Both the position numbers and the translations under genes were made by a program. The notes beneath the pieces are model-generated. The model saw nothing but the letters and a program-made list of their open reading frames with translations. It was not told where the DNA came from and did no database searches. Shown in pieces: positions 1 to 15,800 of a stretch of 64,000 nucleotides of DNA. Source of the stretch: Tubulanus polymorphus (Eukaryota > Animalia > Nemertea); the NCBI RefSeq assembly GCF_964204645.1, contig NC_134029.1, forward strand, positions 1,736,001 through 1,800,000, given 5' to 3'. Position 1 is the stretch's first letter, and each line of letters begins with the position of its first letter.

Positions 1-342
1 AGCATTCTCCGATTAACGAGGTTTTATTCATACAACTCGTGAGGGTATCAACATTGTCAGCGTGCATGGTTTGCTTTTGATCTAACTTCTGATAAAAAAA
101 ACAGGAAAGAATTAGATTGAACATCTTCAGAAATTTCTTGTATCCTGTCATCGGGATTGTTTTACCAGTATGAAGGTGTAGCGTGCTCGGGATAGGCTAC
201 CGGAATGAAATTGATCCCTGATTAGTGGATTATTTATTGTAGGTCAGTCAATGACTCCTACTCTCAACGTAGGTCATTAATAGTTAGTATATATTGATTA
301 TTTATCAATGCTATAACTGTTAGTATTCATGTACTGTACTTA

Positions 343-1488
<1,146 letters not shown>

Positions 1489-3135
1489 TTAAAACTTTTC
1501 ATCAATGAAAACCTGAAAATAGAGAAAACATTGTATAAACAATTAAACTACATTAAACCTTGTCTAACTCAAACATTGCCAATTCAAGACTTTTAACTCA
1601 AGACAAATATTTTCTGATATTTCAGGGATGATTCATTGATTACGCATGCTTAAAATTTGAATCCCTTGTACAAAAAATACATAAAGAGGATTCTTTATGT
1701 ATTTTTACTTGTACCTATAATAGGCATTTTTTCCTGTACTTAAAGCATTTATAAGCAATTGCATTAACCCCTCTCCTTGCGTACGTAATAAATGAATGAC
1801 CCCTCACTTACTCAGCCCAAGTTGGGTGAGGTTTACCATATCACTATTTAAACTGCTATATTTAGTTACCCGAAGCTGTACGTATAACACGACATGAGTT
1901 TATTGATGAATCCTTGTATAAATCGCTTTCTGATCATTTTACAGTCAGTGACACCTGTTAATTATGGTTAATTAGTCACAGCTGGAAACATCTGCTCATA
2001 AACTGACATCGATTCCACCAACTATTGAACTCAATGACTTCTAATATCAGCAGCAAGTCATCAGTTCATATAGAATAAATGTATCAAAATTTGAGTTGTT
2101 GTAAAAGCTTGGTGGAGTTTCCTCATAAAATGAACCCTAGTTTCAAAATCATGCATCAAAAATTACACTTGTCATTTGAGAATTATCTTCTCCTATAACG
2201 CCCCTTTGAAAATCTATAACTGTAGAACTACTCATTACTCAATACTGGAAATATTATGAGAGAACAACTGCCAAAGAAAATCGAAATCAATTGATTTCGT
2301 TATTTGCCATTTAACAAAAATCACATCATGATAAATAAAAGATACAAACCTAAAGAATAGGAAACACTGTACATTTGCTCGTTACCAGCAGAGATATAAC
2401 AGCAGCTGTCACCGTGGAAAATAGATTATTATTTATATTTTTGCTGCAGATGTTTAAGATAAAATCGATAGTTGTTGTTCGAGAGGTTTTTATGAAAAGT
2501 ATAATGTTTTTATCTAAATATCTTCAACGATGAATGTAGCGTTTTTACGATATACAAACCCCATGTGTATTTTATATCCCTATTAGTAGAATTAAATTGC
2601 TTTCAGCTTTCAATAATCCCGTAATTATTTGTCATCTCTCTTGATAGAAAAAGCCTAACAGAAGTAATCGCTTATAAGCTGTAAACTATGTGAAAATCCC
2701 TGGTGTTTTTACCACTATTGACCTTATCTATAAATATCACAGATATTTTAATTTACATACACATGAAAAAGTTCAGTAGCATTTGTTTTAAAGACAGATT
2801 TAGCCAGATTAATTTCAGAATACATCAATAAATCTATGAGAATTCATGGCTTTTTTTTTAACTAGAAAATTCCTGAGGAAAATAATAAATTTACTCTTAC
2901 CTTTTACAGTGACATAATCTCAGTGCTTCCCTGTTTGTCCCTAACCATAGCAATGACCTAAATCGAGTCAGCCATTTATAAACAACAGCAGTACTGACAT
3001 CTAGCTACCATTCAACCTGACAGCAGTATACCTGTGTGAGGAGGCTCATGAGGGGCTCGCTGTGTTAGTATCGAGGTTCCTGAAGGGCTCACCGGGGACG
3101 CCGAGTTACCACGTAAAAACCAGCAGCACAACTCT

Positions 3136-3149
3136 GTTGTCATGGAGAT
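3136..3149. promoter_or_regulatory. RFX X-box-like motif upstream of the ZNF474-like 5' UTR exon
   Basis: GTTGTCATGGAGAT resembles the GTYNCCATGGNAAC consensus. A second X-box-like site, CTAACCATAGCAAT, is at 2941-2954. ZNF474 is cilia-associated. Confidence 0.3.
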
Positions 3150-3665
3150 CATTAAAGAAACAGATTTTATCAAAATAATATCCTTTTATTCGACCGGATG
3201 AAAACAATCACAGAATTAAAAACAGAAATCGGTAAAATCAATATCACATTAATTACAGCAGAGTTTTCTATTTATAGATCGAGATTGATTTATTTGTGGT
3301 TGGATTGATTTTGGCACTAAGAGTACTATATTACTGATTAGTACGTTACATAATGAGAATGATTTTCACACATCAGTTACATAAATACCTGTAATACACA
3401 CAACTCTTGCATGCATTTTGTTTATCGCAATAGTTTCGAAATCTAACTCAAAATTTCATTGAGTGCTTTTGTTCCGGCAGCTTATGGAATCAGATCCTGT
3501 ACTGTACTGATTCAATTGAGTTAAAAACATTCCTCTTCAGGCAATATTTCAATTAACTGTTTTAGTTTGTAAACCTGAGATCGCAAAACTTGGACGGAAT
3601 TCATTGATTTATCACAGTTATTCGAGAGAGTATTATGATCTACCGGTATGAGAGATCGATAGATA

Positions 3666-6600
3666 TTAAGTTTGTAAAGGTTCTAAATGTGTAATATTCA
3701 ACGGTAAATTATTGACTATCGAATGTTTTTCTAACAGGTTTTGTTTTCGTTCCTCCTGCAACCAGTGCAACATTTCAGTTCTATCCCACTGCATCTTATC
3801 CAAATAAGGTCGACCCTGAAAACATTAAAAACATTGATAATTCAAGCCAGTTTCATAATAAATTCCCAATATTTGACATATTTCTACGAACCTGATACGT
3901 AATAACGTCTTGGTACTCTCTAAATACATAAGTTACAGCGATTCTAACCGCGTGTTCAACCTCTTCCAATTTCTACATAAATGACAAGAAATAAAAGGGT
4001 GTTTTTTGTGAAATATGTAATAAATGTACGATTTACTGGCAAGAATAACTTACAGAATAGAAAGCACTGCGTTGTCTGGCTTCCTCGAGTCTCGCCACTG
4101 AAGACCCTCGATAACCTACAACATAAATACCGTAGACATTACAGACGATCTTTAAAAACTATCCGCACCATTTTCATCGACAGTAGTTCGAGTTCTCGTT
4201 ACTGCAATTCTTACCACGTTCAAAAAATCGAGTTGGATCCGAAGCGAATCGTTCAAAGTTTTCCAATCGAGTGATTATTTTTTCCCTCTGTTCGATTAAA
4301 GCTGTCGCTTTCTCCCAGGCATCGATTGCCTTCACAAATAGAAATACATAAATCGCATTAATCTACAGAATTTTCTTATATCGCTGAAGTTTGTGCGGTA
4401 ACTTACGGCTTCAAGTTTTTCGATGTAATTATCGGAGCTGTATTTGATGGCCATGTCTAATTTCATATTATCAGGAATGTGCAACGTGGCCCAAACTTTC
4501 TCTAATCGATCCTGTGGCGTTAATACAGATTCTTGCATATCCTGAAAAGAGGAACACAACATTTTGAAGATCCGATTAGATCCACTATCCAGATGAGGAT
4601 AATACATGTACAGTTTACGTTTCCTAACTCGGACAAACCGGCAAAATCAGTCCAAGTAAAAGTTTGGAAAAATAGATAGAAAATAGATTCAAAATAGATA
4701 GAAAATCAGAAAACCATTTTCGTTTTTGCACCAGTAAGTCAGTAACAGTACGAGTTTGCCATGTCAGAATTAGGCGAGCCATTTGCTAGAATGAATGGAA
4801 CCTGTATTGCAGTTGCTGTGCTGGTTCTGGTTTGTAAGGTTGTTCTTGATGTTTTTGAAGTTCTTGTCATTGGCCTCATTTCATTTACACTAGAAATAGA
4901 ATAACACGTATCATGGATAACTAATATTCTATATCATCTATAAACCAATGGTTATAATTACAATATTACACAGACAGACCTTCCACTAGTCCGCGTACTG
5001 ACATCTTCTTGAGATGTTTTTGACACTTTTTTTATAATCGACATTCCAGATTTAGTTTTCAGTGAGTCGTCAGTCAACGGACTTTTCATCAAATCTCGAA
5101 CGCTTTCTGTAAACGGATTTAGAATCATTCAGTGAATATTGCTGCTGTTTATTGAAGCTCTAACATTTCATGCGTAGGGAACACTTACCAGGTAATTCGG
5201 GGTCTTTACCGAGTCCTCCCATCAGAATGGAATTAGGATTCCACAATCCGGGTGTGAATTTACTTTTTTCGGATTTCATTTCATTCAGAATTTCTTGTTG
5301 TTCCCTATCAATAGTATACAAATCGCTTATTAAACCTTCAGTAGGAATCAGTTTTTTAAAGAAAAGTATCAGGACCCCACTTTTAGGGTTAAACAATGGG
5401 TCATGGGTTCAACCAACAACTGTCGAACTTGGCTCAGGGTTTTCGTACATTGCGTTTTGAAGCTTCCAGCGCCTTGTTTCAAGCTAGCTGTATATGAATA
5501 GAATATTATCATTTCACCTTCATTACCCCTTCTTTCGATTTAATCTGGTTAGTTAGAATAATAAAATAAATAAATTTACAACAATGATAAATGACATGTT
5601 GAATAAGGTAGTGTTAAAACGATGGATCTGCCGTGTTTTGTTAAAGAGAAGCCTTGTATATATCGGGTCGAAGCAGGAATTATCTCTTCACTTACGGCTT
5701 CAGACTTAAATCATCAATTACCAGAACGCCACCTTTGCCAAGCACAGTCCGAGGAACCTCCCCATCATTCATACCGAAATAACGATTAAATCTCTTGAAT
5801 TTACGTTTACCCAACACACTTTTGAAACAAGAATCGAGATCTGATTTCGTGATAATTTTAGGAATTTCTGGACGTTTTTTCTTTTTAGTACCTCCTTCAT
5901 TTTCGATCTCAAATATTGAGAAATCAAATTCAGGTGGGGCAGTAGGAGATGGAGCTTTGTTTTCGGTTAGGGCGCTTGACAAACGTGAAGGTTCTCGCGG
6001 TTTGCTTAAATTACTCTTCTGAGCAGCAGAAGACTTGTGACCACTCGATTTCCGAGATCTAATTATTCAAAACAAAAACAATTGATTTAATCACTGGAAA
6101 AACAATTACCCATAAAAGATTAATCGCACATTGAAGAGCACCTGATAAGGTCTGTTAGGAAATCACAGAAACAACAGGTGTGGTCTCAATAGATTTTCAA
6201 TATCTTAAACTTTAAGTCTTTCAGAAGTGTGCAATTATTCTTGATCATATTTTTCACAGATAAGTGTGTTTCATTATCAGAGATGAAATTTGTGATGGAA
6301 TTGGGACGCAAAGAAATACCTGGATAATTTTCCCGATGCTGCAGAGGATGCTGATTTTTTCGATTTACGCGATGGACCAGAACGATGTCCGTCATCTTCG
6401 TCATCATCATCGCTTTCGTAGAAATGAAATATGTATCCTAAATAATCCGTATCCTAGAAAATAAACACAAGATTCTGACTACCTGTATTTCATTAAAAAA
6501 AAAAACTGTTTAATGATCGTAACGATAGAAATTTCGAAAAAAAGGAATGGAAAAAGTCCAATGCTTTCATTGATTTTATGGGCTTTACCTGTGCTGCCAG

Positions 6601-9600
6601 ATATTTCATATAATCATCAGAATCGATGTTGTTTTTCCACCATGTTAACCACGATGCGTAGTTTCTCGACAGACGCTCCTGAACCATCCTCGGTGCATCC
6701 GATAGTTTTTCTTTATATTCCTCGATACTCATGATTTTACTCGGTAATTCAACTGGTTTATCAGTCAAATCTCGATTTGTTTGCTACAAGTATACATGTA
6801 CTAAATCAAATCTCATGTACCACTAATAACAGAAACATCAGCTGGTTAGTTCTTGTATTCATTAGATATTTAAAGAATTCTTGACGTACACTGTGCACCT
6901 CTATATAGAGAATACTTACAAGAGGATTGAAAGCTGCATCATCCTGATTTCCTACAGTACCAGGCCTTCAAATAAAACAGTGAAGAGATACGTTTCAATT
7001 ACAACTTCAAGTGATTGAATTCACTTGTTTAACGACGTAAAGGGCACCTCCCGGATTATATTCAGTATGAAATGAATCTTGTAATTCACTACTTACATTT
7101 TTGCCCATTGTAATATAGTCTGTTGACCCCATGGTGGACTGGTGTGTTTCTGTATACTAGTATTCACTACATTCTCTTTAGACCGATTCACCAGAGCAGA
7201 CGGCATCATTATAGAATGTAAATCAACTGATTGAGCAGTCGGTTCTATCAAATCATCCTGAGATAGAAAAATATTCATAATATTTTCCTTTTCATTTCAG
7301 CTGGTAATCGATCGACGGATCATTTTTCAAATCTACTCACGTGTTCTAATGATAAATGATCGGCCGGAACCGTTTTCATAATTTCCGAATAAACTTCTCT
7401 AATTTCGTCGCCCATGAATAGATTTTTATCCATTTCTTTAATGGTTACGGCGTCGATTTCTCCGAGAAGATCGTTATAAACGGTGCTGTATTTGTAAACG
7501 GTCATCGACGATAAACAAACACGTTCAGATACTCTGACATCAGATATACGAACTTCATTCTAAAACAACAGTCAAAGAAAGTCAAAATATGGGTTATTGT
7601 ATAAACATTGAAAAACACTGAAGCCAGAGCCACACATTTTTACAAACGTTTGACTATGATTTTGTCCTATGTTCTGTTAACCAACCTTTTTATCCGGTTT
7701 AAGAGCGACTGTAGCTGGTTGTGGATATATTGGTTCTCGTAAAGGTATGCTGTAATAGAAAATAATAAAACATCACTGAATCTGAACGTGTACAACAAAT
7801 GAGGTGATAATTTTACATGTGAACATGCAATGAATAGTTGTGATTAACGGGTAAGCGTAAAAAATGTTTTAAAACGTGCCTGAAAAAATGCTGATAGTAG
7901 TTAAAATATTTGACTAAAATCTACAATATTTTGCAGAAAAATGTTGTATTTACTTCAAAAATGTTTTTACACACGCGGTTTTGGAGAAATCCATGAAAAC
8001 GAAAATCTTCTTTTAGGAAGAAACAGAAATAAATGAACGACTTTAAAGACTTGAGGCTTCAATATCAGAATAAAAACTATTAAAACAACAGTGAAAAATC
8101 ACTTACTTTTCTTTCGCTTTCTCTTTTTCTTCTTTCAATTCTAATTCTTTAATTTGTTTACGAAGTTTTTCTTTTCGTCCGTCGTGTTTGGAACTTTGTG
8201 TAATCGCCTGCAACAGCGGAGGCATGTCTTCATCATCTGCATCTGCATCAGTAACCGCACCTGCAGCGACAGTGGTAGAATTGGTAGCTGTGTTTGGAGG
8301 TTTCCTCAACAGATTATGTAAGTCAGCCGCCTTGTCAACTGCAGTCAGTGGTTTGTTTTTATCTTCTTGTTTCTATAAAAGCAAATATGAAATCACGGTG
8401 AACATGAATGAAATGTCAAGATTAGAAGCTTTAGAATTAACATGTACCTTTTTGATATGAGTTTTCTCAGGTAATTTAACTAAGTGAGCTGAAGGAGGTC
8501 GTGGAGTGGGCGGCTCCATCTCCAACTCTTCCAACAGATTCTCCCCAACTTGAATATGAGGAAGTGAATTTGATCTCTGCAATAAAGCAATCAAAGAAAA
8601 ACTCGAGTTCATCTAGTGTAGGCGCATTTACATTTCATAAGCTACAGTGAAAATGTCTTACTTTTATATTGGTGTCACATGTCGGTGATAGTTCATCACT
8701 AGAAATAATTATACAAACATTTAGATTTGATAAACATGCAATATTTACAAACGTCTTATCAACCCCTCAACATTTTTGCTTTCATGCAACTTTCAGTGAA
8801 AATAAGTGAAAAATAATCTTAACCACGAAGGAACATCAAATTTTGAGAATATTAATATCATGCAAACAGAATACGAAATTTGGTGGTGTTTTTACTCGAC
8901 GTGAATTCCATTTTAATTTTACCTCTTTCTGCTCGATTCCGCTCGAAATGAAGAGGTTTTTGAAGAAGCTGAAAACGATAAATGAATGCGGTAACATCAT
9001 TACTATTATGTCTTTTGTATAATGGGTTTCATATAAAGACTTTACTGAACTCACAAATAGAATTAGGCTTCCATTTCTTATCCATCAGATCGTTCATGAT
9101 TGGCCATAATTTATCAGTCGCTAAATGATCAGGAATGTGTTTATTTATCTGAAAATAAATCGCGATTGAAATACTCTGTAGGCGATGTGATAATTATTCA
9201 GAAAGATTAGATTTAGAAAGAAGTTAAATTAACCTCTTTGATTTCATCCTCGATAGATCTCTGTTTTCTACCGCGACGTTTAGATTTTTGATGTCTGCTG
9301 CTCAGCAACTAAATCAAACAAATAATCATCGATAACAAAATGATCTGTGATAATTATAGGGCAAGAGATAAGATACATACTAGAGTATTATAAGATACAT
9401 ACTAGAGTATTGTAAGATGTAGTTAATGTTGATTTCGACGCAGGTCTTTCTTCGATTGTTTCATCTTGTTCTTCATCCGGTTTTTCGCGCATTTCCTCCA
9501 ACAGGAATCGTCTGATCATCTGAACATTCAAACTGTAAGAAAGGATAGGAATCACATTTAATCATTTTCATTATCAATCTTGATAAAACGATTTTGTGAA

Positions 9601-10717
9601 CTTTATATATTTACTATTTGTTTGCATCCAGGGCTAATTGCACTTTCAGGCGACTCATGTTTGCGGGACCAGTAAAAATACCTTTGCTGTTCAAAACTGG
9701 AAAAAACATCATCAAATACATTTAATCAAACTAGATATAGAATTAAGTTTTTCGCTATTATTTTAAATGATGAATGTCTACTAACTCTGCACTTTTTGCA
9801 CGTAATGTTTCATCAGTGTTTCACACACTGTTACAATGTGTACAGCTGTTTTTCTTTGAAGTTCAACATTCTCAGCATTTGACTAAAAACATCACAATAG
9901 ATACAATGTCATAAGATCAAACGAAGTAAGTAAAATAAGAAGTTTAGAAAAATACTCACTAGAAATGGATCATTGACTTGGTCCCTGATATCTGGCCAAA
10001 TACCATTCAATTCACCCAATATCACACTACCCTATAGAATGGATATCAGAAATAAGAAATACAGAAGTACAGATACATGAAGCGTACGGATAAAGAGAAA
10101 CTTACTAGATCTTGTTGATCTTCAAGTGTCATATGTTGTATTTCAGAATCTGGTGCGATTCTTCTACGAATAAATTTCGACAACTGGTTGAACGTTTTAG
10201 GAGGTTTAACGATATCATCCTAAATCAAATCAAATTACAAATCAGATTCAATCAGATTCAGGGGTATAATTAGTATTCAACATGCATTTGAAAGAATCAG
10301 AAAACTTACATCGGTTGGAGTCTCAGGTCGCTGCAACTTTATTGCATCTTCTTCAAGAACATTAATATCCACTGAAAAATTGAACCAACATCAACTCAAC
10401 AAAATAAGTTCATATGAAAGACTTCTAAAATGTAAAATTTATCTATTTTTAATGCACTTACCATCTTCATGTGCGTACGGAGCAAAAAGTGTCAAGGGTC
10501 CTAAAATATCTTCATACCTTTGCTGTATATCATTCTATTAAAAATAACATCATAAAAGTCGAATAATAGACTGACAGGGGTAAAATGGACAGGGGTCACA
10601 GAGATTACTTACTGCTCCAAATGACAGTTGTGTCATCTTATACATATCACCATGCTTAGCTGTAGAACTAATCGATGTAGCCACATCTGTAGAATTTCGA
10701 CTCTTTATTGAAGCCAT
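3666..10717 (-). CDS. CCDC87: Coiled-coil domain-containing protein 87-like (multi-exon, C-terminal MAP65/ASE1-like region)
   Basis: Exons encode QDRLEKVWATLHIPDNMKLDMAIKYSS, WNPNSILMGGLGKDP and WLTWWKNNIDSDDYMKYL. The last exon reads GRPYLDKMQWDRTEMLHWLQEER, with stop TAA at 3666-3668. Start MASIKSRNS at 10717 is inferred. Confidence 0.8.
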
Positions 10718-11147
10718 CTTCACACTGTTTCCTGGACCCTAATACGCATAGCAATTAAATTAATTTATTTGTATTGAAAACGAATGCGGCTATTTCTGCT
10801 ATTTTCCGATTCGGAATTATTTCTGTTACAGTGAAACCCTCATCGGTAGAAACTTTGTACCTTGTCACATCTATAAATCCATCAATGACACGGAATGGGA
10901 CGAAGAAATGGGAGGGAACAGAGAAAAAATTCAGTATTTGTCAATATTCGAAAGCGTCGGCCATTTGTAAACAATCGCAAAGCAACCGAGCTACCACTCA
11001 TTCGCCATCTATCCACCAGTTCCTGTACTACAACACTTTCACAATAATCCTCTCCACACTGCTCAGTAAAAACAACCACAAATTTCTATAAAATGTTTAT
11101 TTTATCTCAGTCTATATAAAATTAAAACAGTCAACAATATACAAAAG

Positions 11148-12238
11148 TTATTTTTTTCTATTTCGCCTGGATGGCACAGTCGTCCATTCATCATCTTCAC
11201 CTAGAAAACAAAAACATCCTTAAAATTTGCTAATTTTTTTAACAATAAAAGAAATTTTCGATAAAATAAGGTGAATTAATGCAATTCTGCCCATGAAATA
11301 CTACTGACTTGGAGCAGGTTGTTGTTGTTGACCATTTTGACTAGGATTTGTACATGTATCATTGGTTTCCATAGGTACATCTTCATCTATTGATTCAGCC
11401 TGTGAAAATACAACATAATCAAATGAAAATCTGAATTGAAAATCTCATAGAATAGATATGATCTTAATTCCTTTACAAACCTCTAATTGATCATCTTCAT
11501 TATCGTCTTTACTAATTAAACTCTGCGCTATCGATGCCTGTGGACATGTTTGTATCTTATTGAATATTTCTTCATTTCGACCAGTTTTATATAACTGATA
11601 GAAACCACAGATCTTCTGAGCTATCTGAAAAAATAAACAATCGAGACATTTCAAACCCGATCTAAATGATTATCTCAGACCTGGTGTTAAATGTAATGAT
11701 GTCCGACCTCAGATAAACTTCCATCTTCAGTAACAGTATCGAATTCAGTGTTCATCACATCAGCTAAAAATTCCTCTAATTCATCAGCATAAATATCAGC
11801 TAGAAATACAAAATAAATCCTTTTGTTAGTTATCACAACGACAGAAGAAGAATATCAGGAATTCTGTAAGATCTAATATAGATTTACAATTTTCTGAGAA
11901 CCATTGTTCCACAGCTTCTATCATCCATAACGCCTTTTCTTGACTGTGAACTCCACCAAATCCATTCGCAACAGCTAACTGTGGAAGAAAACATTGACAA
12001 TAATTGCCGCTTTTCACTGACACACTGGGCTGGTGACCGACTGCGGTGGGGACTTTCTTTGGAATTGGATTCGCTGAGGACGAGGTAGAGGGACTGTTTT
12101 TCGATGAGGTCGGGACTAAAATCCAGCAGGTCTCCGGCTTTATCATTTTTCAAATGATATATTCACCTGAAGAGCGGTCCAGCCTTTAAATACACTTTCA
12201 ACCGCTACATAAAATGCACTTCTTTCCTGAAATGCCAT
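11148..12238 (-). CDS. TSR2: Pre-rRNA-processing protein TSR2 homolog (multi-exon)
   Basis: [24 protein letters not shown]|[19 protein letters not shown]...[23 protein letters not shown] is the WGG-domain signature. C-terminus [16 protein letters not shown]. Minus-strand AATAAA at ~11096-11101. Confidence 0.9.
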
Positions 12239-12299
12239 GTTTGGCTCCACAATATTAAAAAGTTGTTGTAGGGTAGCTGTAGCATAATGTGAGGCCGGT

Positions 12300-12432
12300 G
12301 CCGTGACCCAGTTCTGGATCCGTGAGTTCAAGTTTGTCCGGTCCCACGATTAAGTCTGAATCCGTGAATTCAGATTTCTCCGATGCTACGACCGAGTCTG
12401 AATACGTGAGTTAAGCTCGTCCGGTGCCCACG
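12300..12432. repeat. Degenerate ~42-bp tandem repeat, about 3 copies, in the TSR2/NuMA divergent promoter
   Basis: Core gtctgaat(c/a)cgtga(g/a)tt recurs at ~42-nt spacing. In-frame stops show it is non-coding. Confidence 0.6.
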
Positions 12433-12800
12433 GCCGGCGGCTATTGTATTGACTGAGAGGAGAAACCGCCAATGCATTCAGTGTTTAAACGGTAGTCGCT
12501 TGTGTTGTGTTTATTTCCCTCACTCTCTCTAGTCTAACTGTGCTGCTGCTGCTACTGCTGTAAATTATGGGATTTTAATTAGACATTAGAATAGAAAGAC
12601 GAGCAGCGCAATAACGAAAGAAAAGGTAATCCAGCATTATGGCATAGCATGTCCAGTGAAATTTCAACTTTTTTTTGACTTTTTCTTCGTCTTCCTCTCC
12701 TCACCACCAGCTCACTTGTTTCGTCTATTGTATTTAGTAACATTTGCTGTTCTTTCTATAGTTGTTTTAATTAGTGAATGGAAATTTGAAATATTGAATT

Positions 12801-15800
12801 ATGGATACTGGAAAAGTGACTGCCTTGATTGCTTGGGTAAGTTGCCATTTGAGAAACTGGAGAGAATTGAGAAAGAATAATAAGGAAGGCTTGTTTTGAA
12901 ATTAATTTGTGGAAATGTTTTTATTGTGTTTCAGATAAATTCTCTGAAGGCTGGGGATGAAAACATCAGAAAGTTAGAAGAGCTTAAGGATGGAAAATTG
13001 CTTCTGAACATTTTAAAACTAGCGTAAGTCAAATAAGTGAGTCGTCATTTGTAAAAGAATTCATTGCGAATTTCTAAAAAATAAGTTTGTTATATTTCCA
13101 GAAATAAAGATGGGAAACCACTGCCTGATTGTTCGACGGCAATGGACAGGTTTTGTCGCGTAGAGGAATTTTTAGAAGGTATTAAAACCCCTCAACTGAA
13201 TTTCCTCAAAAAATATAAAATATTCCATTTTCATCAGAAGTGAATACAAATGTTTTTGTAGCTTATTACATGACGACGATTGTGAGCAAGGTGAATTTCG
13301 AGGAAATAATGGAAAAAGGATGTGAATTTGAAATCGGGAAATGTGTCATGTTATTACTGGGAGCGGCGATTCAGTATCACAACAGCGAATCATTTATGAC
13401 TGCAGCAATGTCAATACCGGTCGAATATCACTACGAGATTAAAGAAATGATGGAACCGTTATTGATGAAAGATCAGGACAACAATGCTCCGGTTATACCT
13501 AAATATTTCGGCACGATACTTAAAACGAGATTAAGTAAGTCAGATGTCGATAGTTGTGTTACATTGTCAACTGTGGCCACTCCTAAAAAGAAGAAAAGTA
13601 AGAGTTTTCTGTGATTTATAAGCACAGTGTAGTTAGGCTTGCTGGTTGGGTAGTAGTGGATCAGTCGCATGGTGCTATTAGGTTCTCGGTTTGGAGTTTG
13701 GAAATCCTTGTAGAAATTAGAATTAATTTCTTATTTTGCTTGGCTTAGTTTTTCCCTGTTTCTGTCTCGCTGCTATATACGGGCATTGAAGATATGAGTT
13801 TAACCGAATTTCAGCCCCTGGTGAAGAGAGAATTTATTCAACTTCGCCTGTTGTAGATTTATTTGCGAAGCACGAAGGTTTGAATTCATTTCAGTTGATG
13901 AGAAGTTAAGAACTAATAAATGCATGATTCGTGGTCGATTGGTAAAATTTCTGTTCTTAGTCTACAGCATGATGTTATTTGCAAAGCGCACCTTCAATTC
14001 AATAACATTGTTCATCCATTTCAGATCAGAATTTATGTTTCATAACATATTTTTAGAGCAGCACATTGTTGAATCCTTTAATTTATTTCAAGCGCGACAA
14101 AATGATATGAAGAATAAATGTGAAGTTTTATTTTCAATTTTCAGGGTCTACTCCGTCCAAACATAAACCGGTATTCCGTCTAATGAGCTCTCCAGCTCCG
14201 ACTGCTGGTAGTAATAGTTCATTCTCCAGTCCTCTGACTCCGATCAAAGCCATTGTTCAATCGCCGCAAATGACGTATAAGTTACGAATGAGGGAACAGG
14301 TAAAACAGAATAAACATCTGGAGAAACAACTCGCCGAGGAGAGGAATTTAAAATCAGATTTTGAGTGGTCGATTAATGAGCTGAAAATGAAACTCGATGA
14401 AAAAGGTAAACAATTCATTGTCAAAGAAAAAATGGTTTTTAAGTTTTCAATGAAATATTTAGTGATTTTGTTTCGATGTTTTAGACGCTCGTATTAAGAT
14501 CCTTGAGGGGCAAGTTTTGAAGAATCGACAGTTACAAGATGAGTTGGATATGATGAACGCATTGAGAGAAAACCATGAGAAATTGGAATTAGAATTCTCC
14601 AGGTTTGTTTTGTATTTAAGAATTAATCAAGACTTGTGTCGCTGACAAAGTTTGTTAATTTGCTGCACATGTCATTGTGATTACAAAGTGTCAATGGTTA
14701 TTGATGATTGACAGATGGTGTTGTTGATTATTGTTGAAATGTCAAACAGCAATCTGTTCATATTGAGGATTGAGCCAAATATGAAAATTAATGGAGTATG
14801 GTTCAATGAGCGTCTATTGATCTGAATAAAAGGGTTCATTTAGTAGTGATTTTAACAGTCTCCTGTTAATCATCAACAGTCCACAGTCTAGTAATTCCAT
14901 TAATCGCTAATTACAGCCTCAATTATCATAAGTTTGGTGACAATTTCTGCATCACTTAGTGACACTTATAATGGAATATGCTTTCATACTGTTATCTTTT
15001 ATCAGGAATTAATCAGGGAGTCATATACCATTTAAAACAACCATTTTCAGGGTGGGCGGGGGCTAAAAACTCATTCTATGCCGAAAAATTCTCTTAAAGG
15101 TGTTTGAAACTCCTTAATTTTGAGCAAAATTCCGAAAACTCTTGCCTTAAAATGTTTACCAGATTAGGAGGAATTAGGAACTTCAGTTCAGTAGTGTATA
15201 GGATAAAGGTTTGCTTATAAACTAAATTAACAGTTCCCCTTGAAAGCTCCTTGTAACAGGTTTTGTAAAGAAACAACATTTAATTTCAGAACAAAATCAA
15301 AATTATCCAGTTTTCACGATACCAAACGTGAATTGACTCAAAAAGAAGAAGAAAATAAATCGTTAATGTCGGAATTAGAATCGGTAAAATCTCAACTGAA
15401 ACGACTGGAGAATCTGAAACATACGCTCGATAAAGCTGAACGTCAGTGTAGTATTTTAGATGGTGAAATAGCAAACGTTCATTCAGAGTTGGCAGGTAAA
15501 AACGCTATGATCGATCAGTTGAATACGGCGCTAACGCAGGCACAGAATACGATCAGTCAAATGAGAGAATTACACCGCGAAGAGAAACAATCGCTTCAAA
15601 AACAAGCAATACCAGGTATTTATTACTTCAAGACTGAAAAAAACTGAGGGTTGCGTTCAAAAATAAGTCATTCATATTCGTCGTATTGGTCGTATTTGTA
15701 GATGTATCTGGTGAACCTGCTGGTGAATCAATGGGAATGATAGTACAGATGAAAGTCATGGAATTAGAGCGAGAATTACAGGATGTTAAATCAACGTGGT

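Noticed and set aside
1-88. Possible next ZNF474-like exon after a minus-strand acceptor at 89
   Set aside because: Joining it to the phase-2 donor gives an immediate TAG, and the open frame has no zinc-finger similarity; the true next exon is probably outside the window.
12300-12460. N-terminal extension of TSR2 with LNSRIQ repeats
   Set aside because: In-frame TAG/TAA stops interrupt the units and there is no upstream in-frame ATG.
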